A stretch of 26,489 bases of DNA from a virus. Its lineage: Duplodnaviria; Caudoviricetes. Positions 1-7,427 of the stretch are shown here, piece by piece (within the stretch, counting starts at the first letter, position 1; every line of letters starts with the position of its first letter). The notes beneath the pieces are model-generated. The model saw only the letters and a list, made by a program, of their open reading frames with translations, was not told the origin of the DNA and did not search any database. The stretch lies in IMG/VR virus record IMGVR_UViG_3300044858_005694, positions 1-26,489 of that record; one strand, 5' to 3'. A program made the translations under genes and the position numbers.

Positions 1-1
1 A

Positions 2-511
2 ACGGCATTGGAGACATTCGTCTCAGCCGCCAATCTGACAGCGATCCAAGCACTAACTGGTAATTTTCAGCGAGTGTATATCGCTCAAGACACACGGAAA
101 ATCTATGCGTGGAGTGGCACTGGTTCTGTCTACACGGAAATTTCTCCATTTCCTCCCGTTGAGTTTGTAATCTCCTGCTCCGACGAATCTACGAACCTCA
201 CCACAGGCACGGCCAAAGTTACCTTCCGCGCCCCTTACGCTTTCACGCTCACCGCCGTCCGCGCCTCGGTCAATACCGCGCCGACAGGCTCCACGCTCAT
301 CGTGGACATTAACGAGGGCGGATCCACCATCCTCTCGACCAAACTTTCCATCGACGCCTCGGAGAAAACCTCCACCACTGCCGCATCCGCCGCCGTCATT
401 TCGGATTCGGCCATCGCGGATGACGCCGAAATCACCATCGACATCGACCAGATCGGCTCAACCATCGCGGGCAGTGGGCTGAAGATCGTTCTCATCGGAA
501 CACGGGCATGA
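2..511 (+). CDS. Tail fibre/tail-associated protein, C-terminal part (5'-partial)
   Basis: The frame is open from the window start. It contains two motifs I recognise from phage tail proteins: 'RVYIAQDTRKIYAWSG..YTEIS' and 'SCSDESTNLTTGTAKVTFRAPYAFTLTAVRAS...IDIDQIGSTIAGSGLKIVLIG'. ATGA overlap with the next gene. Confidence 0.7.
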   Translation, partial: TALETFVSAANLTAIQALTGNFQRVYIAQDTRKIYAWSGTGSVYTEISPFPPVEFVISCSDESTNLTTGTAKVTFRAPYAFTLTAVRASVNTAPTGSTLIVDINEGGSTILSTKLSIDASEKTSTTAASAAVISDSAIADDAEITIDIDQIGSTIAGSGLKIVLIGTRA

Positions 512-1047
512 GCCTTATCATTGACTCGTATCGGTTTCAGAGAACCAACCTAATCCAGAACGGAGACTTTAGTAATGTCTCTGGAATGGGGGTTACTGGA
601 GGTGGATGGTATAACGGTGTTCCGCCTATGTGGTCAACTGAATCTAATATTGCCAATGTAGGATATTCCGTGCTGCTGCTTGAAGGTAAATATTACGCCA
701 ACCTAAATACACTTTCTGTCACAGAAGGCACCGTAGATGTAACTACAAAGTTTCAGCCGCTTTATCAGGAAATGTCGGCACTGCCGATACAACGAACTCT
801 CACAGCGACTTGGACGATTAGATCGTTGAACGGGTATTCTTACACTATGGGTGCCGCTTTCTACGAGGGTCCGTATAATCCGCTTAACAATTTCGTCGCT
901 GTTTACACATCTCCTTTTGGTGCCAATACTCGCACCGTCACGTTAGTTGCCAGCAATTTTCCCGCAAACACTTTGATCACGTTTGCGATGTGGCAGGCTG
1001 GCAATACTGCACCTGGCGTGACTGATTTGACGATATACGCAGACTAA
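508..1047 (+). CDS. Putative receptor-binding/tail-tip protein with carbohydrate-binding-like beta-sandwich
   Basis: The N-terminus 'MSLIIDSYRF' is typical of genes that follow the preceding tail domain. 'NLIQNGDFS' resembles the start of CBM-like jelly-roll domains. The body is visibly AT-richer than its neighbours. Confidence 0.55.
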   Translation: MSLIIDSYRFQRTNLIQNGDFSNVSGMGVTGGGWYNGVPPMWSTESNIANVGYSVLLLEGKYYANLNTLSVTEGTVDVTTKFQPLYQEMSALPIQRTLTATWTIRSLNGYSYTMGAAFYEGPYNPLNNFVAVYTSPFGANTRTVTLVASNFPANTLITFAMWQAGNTAPGVTDLTIYAD

Positions 1048-1051
1048 CATT

Positions 1052-1516
1052 ATGAAACTCCTCTACGACACTATTAACGAAACTGTCCTGCCTTGGCCCC
1101 GCATTGATGACGAGCCAATCGTTGGGCTCGCTCCAGATCTTCTGGAGATGAATGTGATTGCAGGCGAGATGCCTGCCTACAACTTTGAAACTCAAATCCT
1201 CACTCAATCGGAGTCCGTGGACGTAGAGGCGCAAACCGTGACGCGCACGTGGTCGGTGACAGACCGCGCCTATACTGCCGAACAATGGACTGCGCGTTTT
1301 CTGACGAGCCTCCAGATCATAGGTCTTCAACGCCTTGAGATGGCCTTGATAACCAGCGGCCAGACTCTAGGCCCCGCGATGACTGGTATGAAGACATGGC
1401 TTGAGGGAATTCTTTTAACTTCATCGGCTGATCCAACTCCCCGCAGCGATTGGCCCGAGCCGCCCGTGATTTACGAAGCGGCGACCCAAGAGGCGGCGGG
1501 GCAACTTTCTAATTGA
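1052..1516 (+). CDS. Hypothetical tail-associated protein (possible fibre assembly chaperone)
   Basis: 154-aa ORF directly after the fibre genes, with 'PWPRIDDEPIVGL..P.YN..TQ.L' and a C-terminal 'DWPEPP' like fibre chaperones. Confidence 0.45.
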   Translation: MKLLYDTINETVLPWPRIDDEPIVGLAPDLLEMNVIAGEMPAYNFETQILTQSESVDVEAQTVTRTWSVTDRAYTAEQWTARFLTSLQIIGLQRLEMALITSGQTLGPAMTGMKTWLEGILLTSSADPTPRSDWPEPPVIYEAATQEAAGQLSN

Positions 1517-1541
1517 TCTGGGTGACAGTCACCTATAACCT
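1513..1541 (+). promoter_or_regulatory. Candidate sigma70 promoter with a palindrome in the spacer
   Basis: TTGATC (1513-1518), N17, TAACCT (1536-1541). The spacer contains the perfect inverted repeat GGTGAC-A-GTCACC (1521-1533). It lies directly before the lysis cluster. Confidence 0.3.
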
Positions 1542-1544
1542 AGA

Positions 1545-1772
1545 ATGAAGACTACAATGGGAGAAGACGTTGAAAGATTGGTAAGGCTCGAAACGAAGCT
1601 GGATGTCGTCCTGGACAACCAGGCCGCGTTCCGTTCGTCGTTCGAGAAACACGACGAGCGTCTCAAGCACCTTGAACAAACGCGCTCCCGTTTCATCGGT
1701 TTTTCGGCCGCCATCGGGGCTCTCGTCACCATGGCCCTCGGCTCCTTCAAGCACCTCATCAACCCCAATTAA
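1545..1772 (+). CDS. Small membrane protein, coiled coil plus C-terminal TM helix (XhlA/holin-like)
   Basis: 'ERLVRLETKLD...HDERLKHLE' coiled coil followed by the hydrophobic 'FIGFSAAIGALVTMAL'. Confidence 0.6.
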   Translation: MKTTMGEDVERLVRLETKLDVVLDNQAAFRSSFEKHDERLKHLEQTRSRFIGFSAAIGALVTMALGSFKHLINPN

Positions 1773-1777
1773 CCCTT

Positions 1778-2065
1778 ATGAAAGCCATCCTTGCCAAACT
1801 CACCGGCCTGACCACGGCCCTGCTTCAATTCTACCTACCGATCCTGCGGCAACTGGTGGCCACAGGCTTGGCGTCACTCCTCCCGATTGCGCTCGAAATC
1901 GTGCGCTCCCTGGCCGATGCCGACAAGACCGGGGCCCAGAAGCGCGAGCTGGCCGTCAAGCGGCTCTCGACCGCCGCCACCGAACTTGGCGTCTTCGCCT
2001 CCGAAAACTTGATCCGCCTGACCATCGAGTCGGCGGTCCAGAAACTCAAACTCGAAGAAGTATGA
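1778..2065 (+). CDS. Putative holin-like protein
   Basis: Hydrophobic N-terminal half, then 'KTGAQKRELAVKRL...IRLTIESAVQKLK', which resembles LL-H-type phage holins. Confidence 0.5.
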   Translation: MKAILAKLTGLTTALLQFYLPILRQLVATGLASLLPIALEIVRSLADADKTGAQKRELAVKRLSTAATELGVFASENLIRLTIESAVQKLKLEEV

Positions 2066-2382
2066 AAAACGTCCTTCTTAAATTCCTCGTCTCCCGCGCG
2101 GGCGGCATCATCACTCCTCTGGTAGCGACTGCCGTGGGTGCTGCTGTGGCCAAACTCGCCTCTTTCGACGCAGCTCTGGCCAGCGGCATCGACCAGGCCG
2201 CCATCACGGCTTTCGTGGTCGCGGCGATCCTGTCGGTCGTCAACTACCTGACCAATGCAGTTCAAACTGATGGGGTCAAAAAGATCCAGGCTCTGGTCAA
2301 CACTGACCAGGACGGCATTCCCGGACCCGTGACTTATACCGAGGTGCGCAAAGCTCTGCCAGCGTCCAATGACCCAGCGTGA
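2062..2382 (+). CDS. Two-TM membrane protein with C-terminal peptidoglycan-binding-like motif
   Basis: The likely start is ATG 2062 (ATGA overlap), not 1603. Two hydrophobic segments are followed by 'VKKIQALVNTDQDGIPGPVTYTEV', which matches the PG_binding_1 'DG..GP.T' pattern. Confidence 0.6.
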   Translation: MKNVLLKFLVSRAGGIITPLVATAVGAAVAKLASFDAALASGIDQAAITAFVVAAILSVVNYLTNAVQTDGVKKIQALVNTDQDGIPGPVTYTEVRKALPASNDPA

Positions 2383-2539
2383 TATCTGCGATGTCGTCTT
2401 TGCTGCAAAACCTCCTGCCCTGGATCGCCGCCCTCTGTGGAAGCGCTTTTTGGCTTCTCTCAAGCTCGATCTGAAGCTCCAGCCGAAACTGAAACAGCCA
2501 ATCAAGCACCTCATCATCAAAGGATCACTGGAATTTTGA
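2369..2539 (+). CDS. Cationic 56-aa protein (not in ORF track)
   Basis: Hand translation: MTQRDICDVVFAAKPPALDRRPLWKRFLASLKLDLKLQPKLKQPIKHLIIKGSLEF*. It overlaps the previous gene and fills the gap in the operon. Confidence 0.55.
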   Translation: MTQRDICDVVFAAKPPALDRRPLWKRFLASLKLDLKLQPKLKQPIKHLIIKGSLEF

Positions 2540-2643
2540 AAATCGACCCCGACAAAGCCGAGGACCTGCCGCGTTGGGTGAAGATCAAGCGCAAGCCCAA
2601 GAAAAAACCATCTAATGAAAAGCCTCGCCCTGGATCTCGATAG
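2536..2643 (+). CDS. Small basic hypothetical protein
   Basis: TTG start overlapping the previous stop (TTGA). Translation MKIDPDKAEDLPRWVKIKRKPKKKPSNEKPRPGSR. It overlaps the start of the next gene. Confidence 0.3.
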   Translation: MKIDPDKAEDLPRWVKIKRKPKKKPSNEKPRPGSR

Positions 2644-3511
2644 CGGAAAGCTCTCCCGCTGGGCGGACAACCCGCGCGGCTTGGACAAGTGGACCGACCG
2701 TTACGGCGACATGTATACAATACGTATCCATGTTTACCGCAGCAGCGGCGGCAAAATCCCGACCACCTCGTTGCAGGTTTTGATCAAGCGTCTGCGCCGT
2801 CGCGACGCCAAGGCCATCTGGAGCTTGGACACTTTCACCCGTGTCCCAGGCACAATCACCCCCTCGTCGGTGACCTACGTTGGCCAGATGGATGTGACCG
2901 GGGCCGCCTACCGCGAGGCTTTGAAACTCGACGCCTCCCCTGGTAACGATCTACCCAAGGTCGACCTCCTTGGCGTTGTGCGCGCAGTGACTCCGACGGA
3001 TGTCATCGAGGCTGAATTTCCGTACGAGTTACTCAACAGTGGCTATCGTATCGTCGATGCAGACTTCGGCGCGGTCTATGTCGGACTTTCCGACACGGGC
3101 GGCATTCTTGTTCGCAACGCGGACACTAATGAGTGGCGGGAGCTGAACATTCTCGGCGAGGGCAACGAGGCTTCTTTCTTTTTGGGCGAGGCGACTCTTG
3201 GACCGGTGGAAACTCTTACTTTGTCCGACGACCATGTCCGTGTTCAGAACGGCATTCTCCAGATCAAAAACGACACCGACAGCACATGGGTCAACGTCAT
3301 CCTACGAGGGACTGGCAACTCGACCCTGGCTTTGGGCGAGACGCCCCCGGTCGGGTTCACGCTTTCCGACGATCGTTTCAAAGTCGCGGCCGATGGCCGA
3401 CTCCTTCTCCGAAATCTAACCACCGGCAACTGGCACGAAGCGCGAGTGCTGCTGTCGAGTGGCGCAAACACCCTCGCGCTTGGAACCGAATATGATGACA
3501 CGCAAGTTTAA
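2615..3511 (+). CDS. Putative tail/fibre adaptor protein with three C-terminal tandem beta-repeats
   Basis: 298 aa. Three repeats of about 47 aa with the pattern 'LSD..G.L..+N..T..W....I...G...L.LG' are visible in the translation. Confidence 0.55.
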   Translation: MKSLALDLDSGKLSRWADNPRGLDKWTDRYGDMYTIRIHVYRSSGGKIPTTSLQVLIKRLRRRDAKAIWSLDTFTRVPGTITPSSVTYVGQMDVTGAAYREALKLDASPGNDLPKVDLLGVVRAVTPTDVIEAEFPYELLNSGYRIVDADFGAVYVGLSDTGGILVRNADTNEWRELNILGEGNEASFFLGEATLGPVETLTLSDDHVRVQNGILQIKNDTDSTWVNVILRGTGNSTLALGETPPVGFTLSDDRFKVAADGRLLLRNLTTGNWHEARVLLSSGANTLALGTEYDDTQV

Positions 3512-5339
3512 CCTTCTAATTTCGTTGATCGGGGTGATGGTCACCTCCTTCGCGTACCCCCAAGCCGCACGCACCGTCATGGTGCAAAGCAATTCGGGGG
3601 CCCTCCTCTTCCCGACCAATCTCTGGAGCGCGAACGCCGTTTCAGCCCGGAGCGGTTTGGCCTTGGCGGCGCACGCAACCAACCCCGTGGTCCCGGTGGC
3701 ATCCGGCGGCACGGGCGCGACCAACGCGGCGGGGGCCAGGACGAATTTGGGGTTGGGGTTTGGCGCATTGACCAACACAAACGCCAGCAGCTTTCGAAGC
3801 GACATTGGTATTCCGCTGGCCGCGTTGACCAACACGAACCTTTCTGGATTTCTAAATAGCATAGGACTCGCAGACAGCAGTGAACCTACATTTCTGAGTC
3901 TTACTCTCACAGAGGACACTAATACGCTAGTGATGACTGCGGACCCTGCGATTACGCGAACAAATTTGGGGCTCCCATGGTCCGGATTGACCAATACTAG
4001 TGCGTCAGGATTCCGCTCAGCTCTTAGTGTGAGTGCCACATGGCTTACCAACACCAACGTCACAAATTTCAGGACGGCGATTGGGTTGGGGGCAGATGAC
4101 TCTCCGCAATTTGATGATATAAGCTCATCTTCGGCAAATATTTCGCAAATTTCTGCCGATGCTATAGGCATGAATGGTGCAATTTCTTGGACTGGAACAA
4201 ACGCAACAGCAAACGCGGCCACCACCCGCACAAATTTGTCGCTCGGCCTGCCCGCACTCACCAACACCAACGTCACGAATTTCCGCACGGCAATCCTGCC
4301 CACTTATAGTGGCAACACCAATCGCGTTCTTTCAGTCAATGCAAGCGGAACTGACGTGGAGTGGGTTGTGCAGACCGGCGGTGGAAACACCAGTTCGGTG
4401 ACTTATCCACTTTCGATTACTGATGGCGGAACTGGAGCAACAAATTCCGCTGCCGCCCGCACCAACCTCGGCCTTGGCGCAACTTGGCTCACCAACACCA
4501 ACGTCACGAATGTCCGCACGGCGATTGGGCTGGGGGCGACAAATGATGTTACCTTCAGATCTGTAAATTATGATGGCGAGTTAACTATAAATAACGCTGA
4601 AATACTTGGATGGGGGCAAGCTGTCAATTTTGAAGAACGAAGATTTGCTTATGCGTCAACTAATTTATTTGATTGGGGAGTTGAGGGAAAAATTACTATT
4701 GGCTGGCCTTTAGATTTTGTAAGTAATTCTGTAGCCTCCACCACCCGCGCCAATCTCGGCTTTTCAACCAACCTAAACACGCTATGGACGGCGACCAATG
4801 CTGCGGACGCAAGAACCGCATTATCCATCGGAACCAACGGCGGCTCTGTTTACAACCAAGACCTCAACACGACCAACAATGTTAGCTTCAACGCAATACA
4901 TATTGAGAGAGATGCAAACTCGGGTAATTACACATTAACTATCGGGCAAACTAACACGGGATTCAAAGGCATTGGTGGAGGCCCAAGTGATTTTGTTTAC
5001 GTAAGAGACGAAGCAAATATTTTGGGATTGTATTCAGGTGAAATACACTCGTTGGTTACCCACAGATTTTCCGCGCCAATGGTATTAAACTATGGAGCAG
5101 GTAACACTGCCGTGTTGCAATTTGGTGGAATTGATGCCGCTACTGGTGCTGCAATTTCACGCACCAACCTTGGTCTCCCGCTCCCAGCCCTCACCAACAC
5201 CAGCAACGTCACGGCAATGCGGGCGTTGTCTGGCTCGACCAACACGAACCACCCGTTCAGTGGTTCAGTGTCGGTGGTCGGCACAAACAACACCAACACG
5301 CTCGTTTTTTCCAACGGCATACTGCAATCCGTGCAATGA
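3492..5339 (+). CDS. Tail-fibre-like TN-repeat protein with N-terminal signal peptide
   Basis: Likely start ATG 3492 or 3495. Two copies of the phage fibre motif 'GGTGAT.AA.ARTNLGL' (3705, 4425), six R-T/A-N-L-G/S units, and a terminal 'FSNGIL'. The N-terminus MMTRKFNLLISLIGVMVTSFAYP looks like a Sec signal. Confidence 0.7.
   Translation: MMTRKFNLLISLIGVMVTSFAYPQAARTVMVQSNSGALLFPTNLWSANAVSARSGLALAAHATNPVVPVASGGTGATNAAGARTNLGLGFGALTNTNASSFRSDIGIPLAALTNTNLSGFLNSIGLADSSEPTFLSLTLTEDTNTLVMTADPAITRTNLGLPWSGLTNTSASGFRSALSVSATWLTNTNVTNFRTAIGLGADDSPQFDDISSSSANISQISADAIGMNGAISWTGTNATANAATTRTNLSLGLPALTNTNVTNFRTAILPTYSGNTNRVLSVNASGTDVEWVVQTGGGNTSSVTYPLSITDGGTGATNSAAARTNLGLGATWLTNTNVTNVRTAIGLGATNDVTFRSVNYDGELTINNAEILGWGQAVNFEERRFAYASTNLFDWGVEGKITIGWPLDFVSNSVASTTRANLGFSTNLNTLWTATNAADARTALSIGTNGGSVYNQDLNTTNNVSFNAIHIERDANSGNYTLTIGQTNTGFKGIGGGPSDFVYVRDEANILGLYSGEIHSLVTHRFSAPMVLNYGAGNTAVLQFGGIDAATGAAISRTNLGLPLPALTNTSNVTAMRALSGSTNTNHPFSGSVSVVGTNNTNTLVFSNGILQSVQ
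4257..4522 (+). repeat. Intragenic direct repeats (35 bp, 34/35 identical: 4257-4291 and 4488-4522; diverged copies at ~4041-4093 and ~5188-5217)
   Basis: ctcaccaacaccaacgtcacgaat[t/g]tccgcacggc read directly from the sequence. Confidence 0.9.
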
Positions 5340-5884
5340 GCCGCCGAATGCTACCCAAAGCACGCCCGAAACAAACTCGGGCCGAGACCGAAGCTCTTAT
5401 CAAGGATGTCGAGTCGCCGGTTATTATCCTCGGCATTCGTGGATACTATAAGACCATGGGCGACGACCCGCGTCGCAATGAAATCAACATTTACGACGAT
5501 GCGTTGTTTGTCTGGAGCGGCAACGGCCACATGTCATTCAACGCCAACACCGACCCCTCGATCTCTCGCCCCCGTGTGGCGAAACTCAAAGCCGGTGTCT
5601 GGCAATACCGGCTGGGCATCCACGGCCTGTCCAAACCTAAAAGACAGCAATACCCCGCTTTAGTCCAGGCAGCCCCTGTCACCGTGGTCCGTCAGGGCGC
5701 GGGCGAGGACACCGGGTGGTTCGGAATTAACCTGCACCGTGGATCACGCACCACGACCTCGTCTCTCGGCTGCGTGACCCTCCCGCCCGATGGGCAGTGG
5801 GATTCGTTTTACAATCTCGTGAAGAGCGAGATGGCCCGCGCCAAGGTCAGCCGCGTGCCATTTGTGTTGGTCGAAAACACTTGA
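5336..5884 (+). CDS. Putative endolysin, L,D-transpeptidase (YkuD)-like cysteine peptidase
   Basis: Motif 'FGINLHRG.....SSLGCVT' (His 5735-5737, Cys 5771-5773) and upstream 'N..N.YDDA.F...ANTDPS'. No signal peptide. Confidence 0.65.
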   Translation: MSRRMLPKARPKQTRAETEALIKDVESPVIILGIRGYYKTMGDDPRRNEINIYDDALFVWSGNGHMSFNANTDPSISRPRVAKLKAGVWQYRLGIHGLSKPKRQQYPALVQAAPVTVVRQGAGEDTGWFGINLHRGSRTTTSSLGCVTLPPDGQWDSFYNLVKSEMARAKVSRVPFVLVENT

Positions 5885-5890
5885 AGCAAT

Positions 5891-6079
5891 ATGAACGAAC
5901 GAGACGAGTATAAAATCATGGAAGCCAAAAAGATGGCGAGGCTCAAGCAGCTAAATGACCAGTATGCCCGTTTGGTAAACGAACGGGTTCGCGGCGGGCT
6001 CAAAGCCGGGTTCCAAAAACCCCGCAGCGCAAGCGCTGAGGAGACGCGCGTTGTCCGGACGTTGGCCAGCCTTTCGTAA
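5891..6079 (+). CDS. Hypothetical protein
   Basis: 62-aa ATG ORF that fills the gap between the lysin and the next gene. Confidence 0.5.
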   Translation: MNERDEYKIMEAKKMARLKQLNDQYARLVNERVRGGLKAGFQKPRSASAEETRVVRTLASLS

Positions 6080-6083
6080 TCAA

Positions 6084-7424
6084 ATGGGCCAGAAACGCAT
6101 AGTCGCACCCGACACGCCGATAAGGAGTTTCCCGACTCCCAATATCGACGACCTTGTCGTCGTGGTCGATGTCGACTCGCGCCTGCCGGGCTATAAGCCT
6201 TTAGATTACGGGACCCTGCACCCCGATCAAACGCGCTTTCCGGGGGCCAAACTTGTTTACCAGGAGCCTTTGGACGGCACTGATTCCTTCGTGCGTCGCA
6301 TCTACGCGACCGACCGCTTTAACCAGGAAGCCTACAACTACGCGATCAAGTACAGCGGCGGCTCCGATCGGCACCCGATCTATATCCGCACTTACCTGGA
6401 ACCGCGCGACAGTTATCAGGCGATGCCCGACCACTCGCCCGACCCGCTTTTTGCCGGAGCTATCCTGGTAGACGAGGAAGCCAACCCCGCTGAGGGCGAG
6501 CTGCGTAGCCTCTACCTGCAGGTCACGCGAGTTTTCGAGACACTGCCAGGCCCGGTCATTGAAAGCCGCGAGGTCAACGAATACGGGGTCATCGAGACCA
6601 TTACCAACCAGGTCGTTCTGCCCGAGACCGACCCCGACCCGACCGGGCTTTTTGTCACTGACTCCGTGGTTTCCGAGGACGTTTCCAAGGCCGTGCGCCA
6701 GCGGCGCGTCATGGAGAAACTGCCCGATCCGTACGTCACTTACGAAACCGATGGCCAGACAAACACCATCGTTCAGGTCAAACGTGAGTTATTGACCCGG
6801 CATCAACCGCTGCCGAGCCCTGTCTCCGTAACAGGATCATTGGGCGTGCAAGACTCACCGCTGCGTTTCCCGTATGTGTTGCGCACAACAAAGCTGCTGC
6901 CGCTCGATCCGGCGACTGGGCAGCCGATTCTACCCCCGACGCGTGTTGAGTACGACAACACGACGTTTACGTTTCCGGGAGTCATCTATAGTTGGCGGGT
7001 TTATCTAGGGACCGATTCAGACGGCGAGACCACAATCACGGCCGATTTATCTCACTACGAAAACAGGTTTCCGCTGACAATGGTCGTAGCGGCCAAGTAT
7101 GTGACTACCTTTCACTTGGAAGGTGATCCCGCGTTGGATCTTTCGAATCAAAACTTTTGGAAGGTAACCACCCGCCCGTGGGCCCAGTTGGTCTTCGGGC
7201 TGCCCGACAACACAATTCACCCGCCTGCGCCTGTGACTATGCGCAACGCGCCGATCGCGCGCAACAACATCAAAAATACGGTTAGCAGCGGGCTGGCGAG
7301 TGACCCAGGGTTTTATGAACCAGGACAGGAACTTCTCATTAGCGGCGAGGCTAAACTGCTTTCAGGCAATGTTTGGTATCGTCGGCTTGTTTACGTCAAG
7401 GAGCCGCTGGAAGGCGGAAATTAA
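6084..7424 (+). CDS. Putative virion structural (tail) protein
   Basis: Likely start ATG 6084, after the previous stop. Long beta-rich ORF with an internally duplicated 'PD..F.GA.LV..E' motif, located in the structural module. Confidence 0.55.
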   Translation: MGQKRIVAPDTPIRSFPTPNIDDLVVVVDVDSRLPGYKPLDYGTLHPDQTRFPGAKLVYQEPLDGTDSFVRRIYATDRFNQEAYNYAIKYSGGSDRHPIYIRTYLEPRDSYQAMPDHSPDPLFAGAILVDEEANPAEGELRSLYLQVTRVFETLPGPVIESREVNEYGVIETITNQVVLPETDPDPTGLFVTDSVVSEDVSKAVRQRRVMEKLPDPYVTYETDGQTNTIVQVKRELLTRHQPLPSPVSVTGSLGVQDSPLRFPYVLRTTKLLPLDPATGQPILPPTRVEYDNTTFTFPGVIYSWRVYLGTDSDGETTITADLSHYENRFPLTMVVAAKYVTTFHLEGDPALDLSNQNFWKVTTRPWAQLVFGLPDNTIHPPAPVTMRNAPIARNNIKNTVSSGLASDPGFYEPGQELLISGEAKLLSGNVWYRRLVYVKEPLEGGN

Positions 7425-7427
7425 ACT

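Noticed and set aside
1603-2061. 5' extension of the 259-aa ORF 1603..2382
   Set aside because: It overlaps two better genes in other frames and is low-quality S/P/R-rich sequence. The plausible start is ATG 2062.
2391-2474. Overprinted 27-aa hydrophobic ORF (MSSLLQNLLPWIAALCGSAFWLLSSSI) as an embedded o-spanin
   Set aside because: AALC is not a proper lipobox, there is no basic n-region, and only 11 residues follow the Cys.
4041-4537. AAC-rich near-identical repeats suggesting a DGR template/variable repeat pair
   Set aside because: Mismatches include T/C, T/G and G/C, so they are not adenine-specific. All copies are in-frame protein repeats, and no reverse transcriptase is present in the window.
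3700-5220. Repeat-spacer-like alternation resembling a CRISPR array
   Set aside because: The repeats are degenerate, irregularly spaced and protein-coding, and there are no cas genes.
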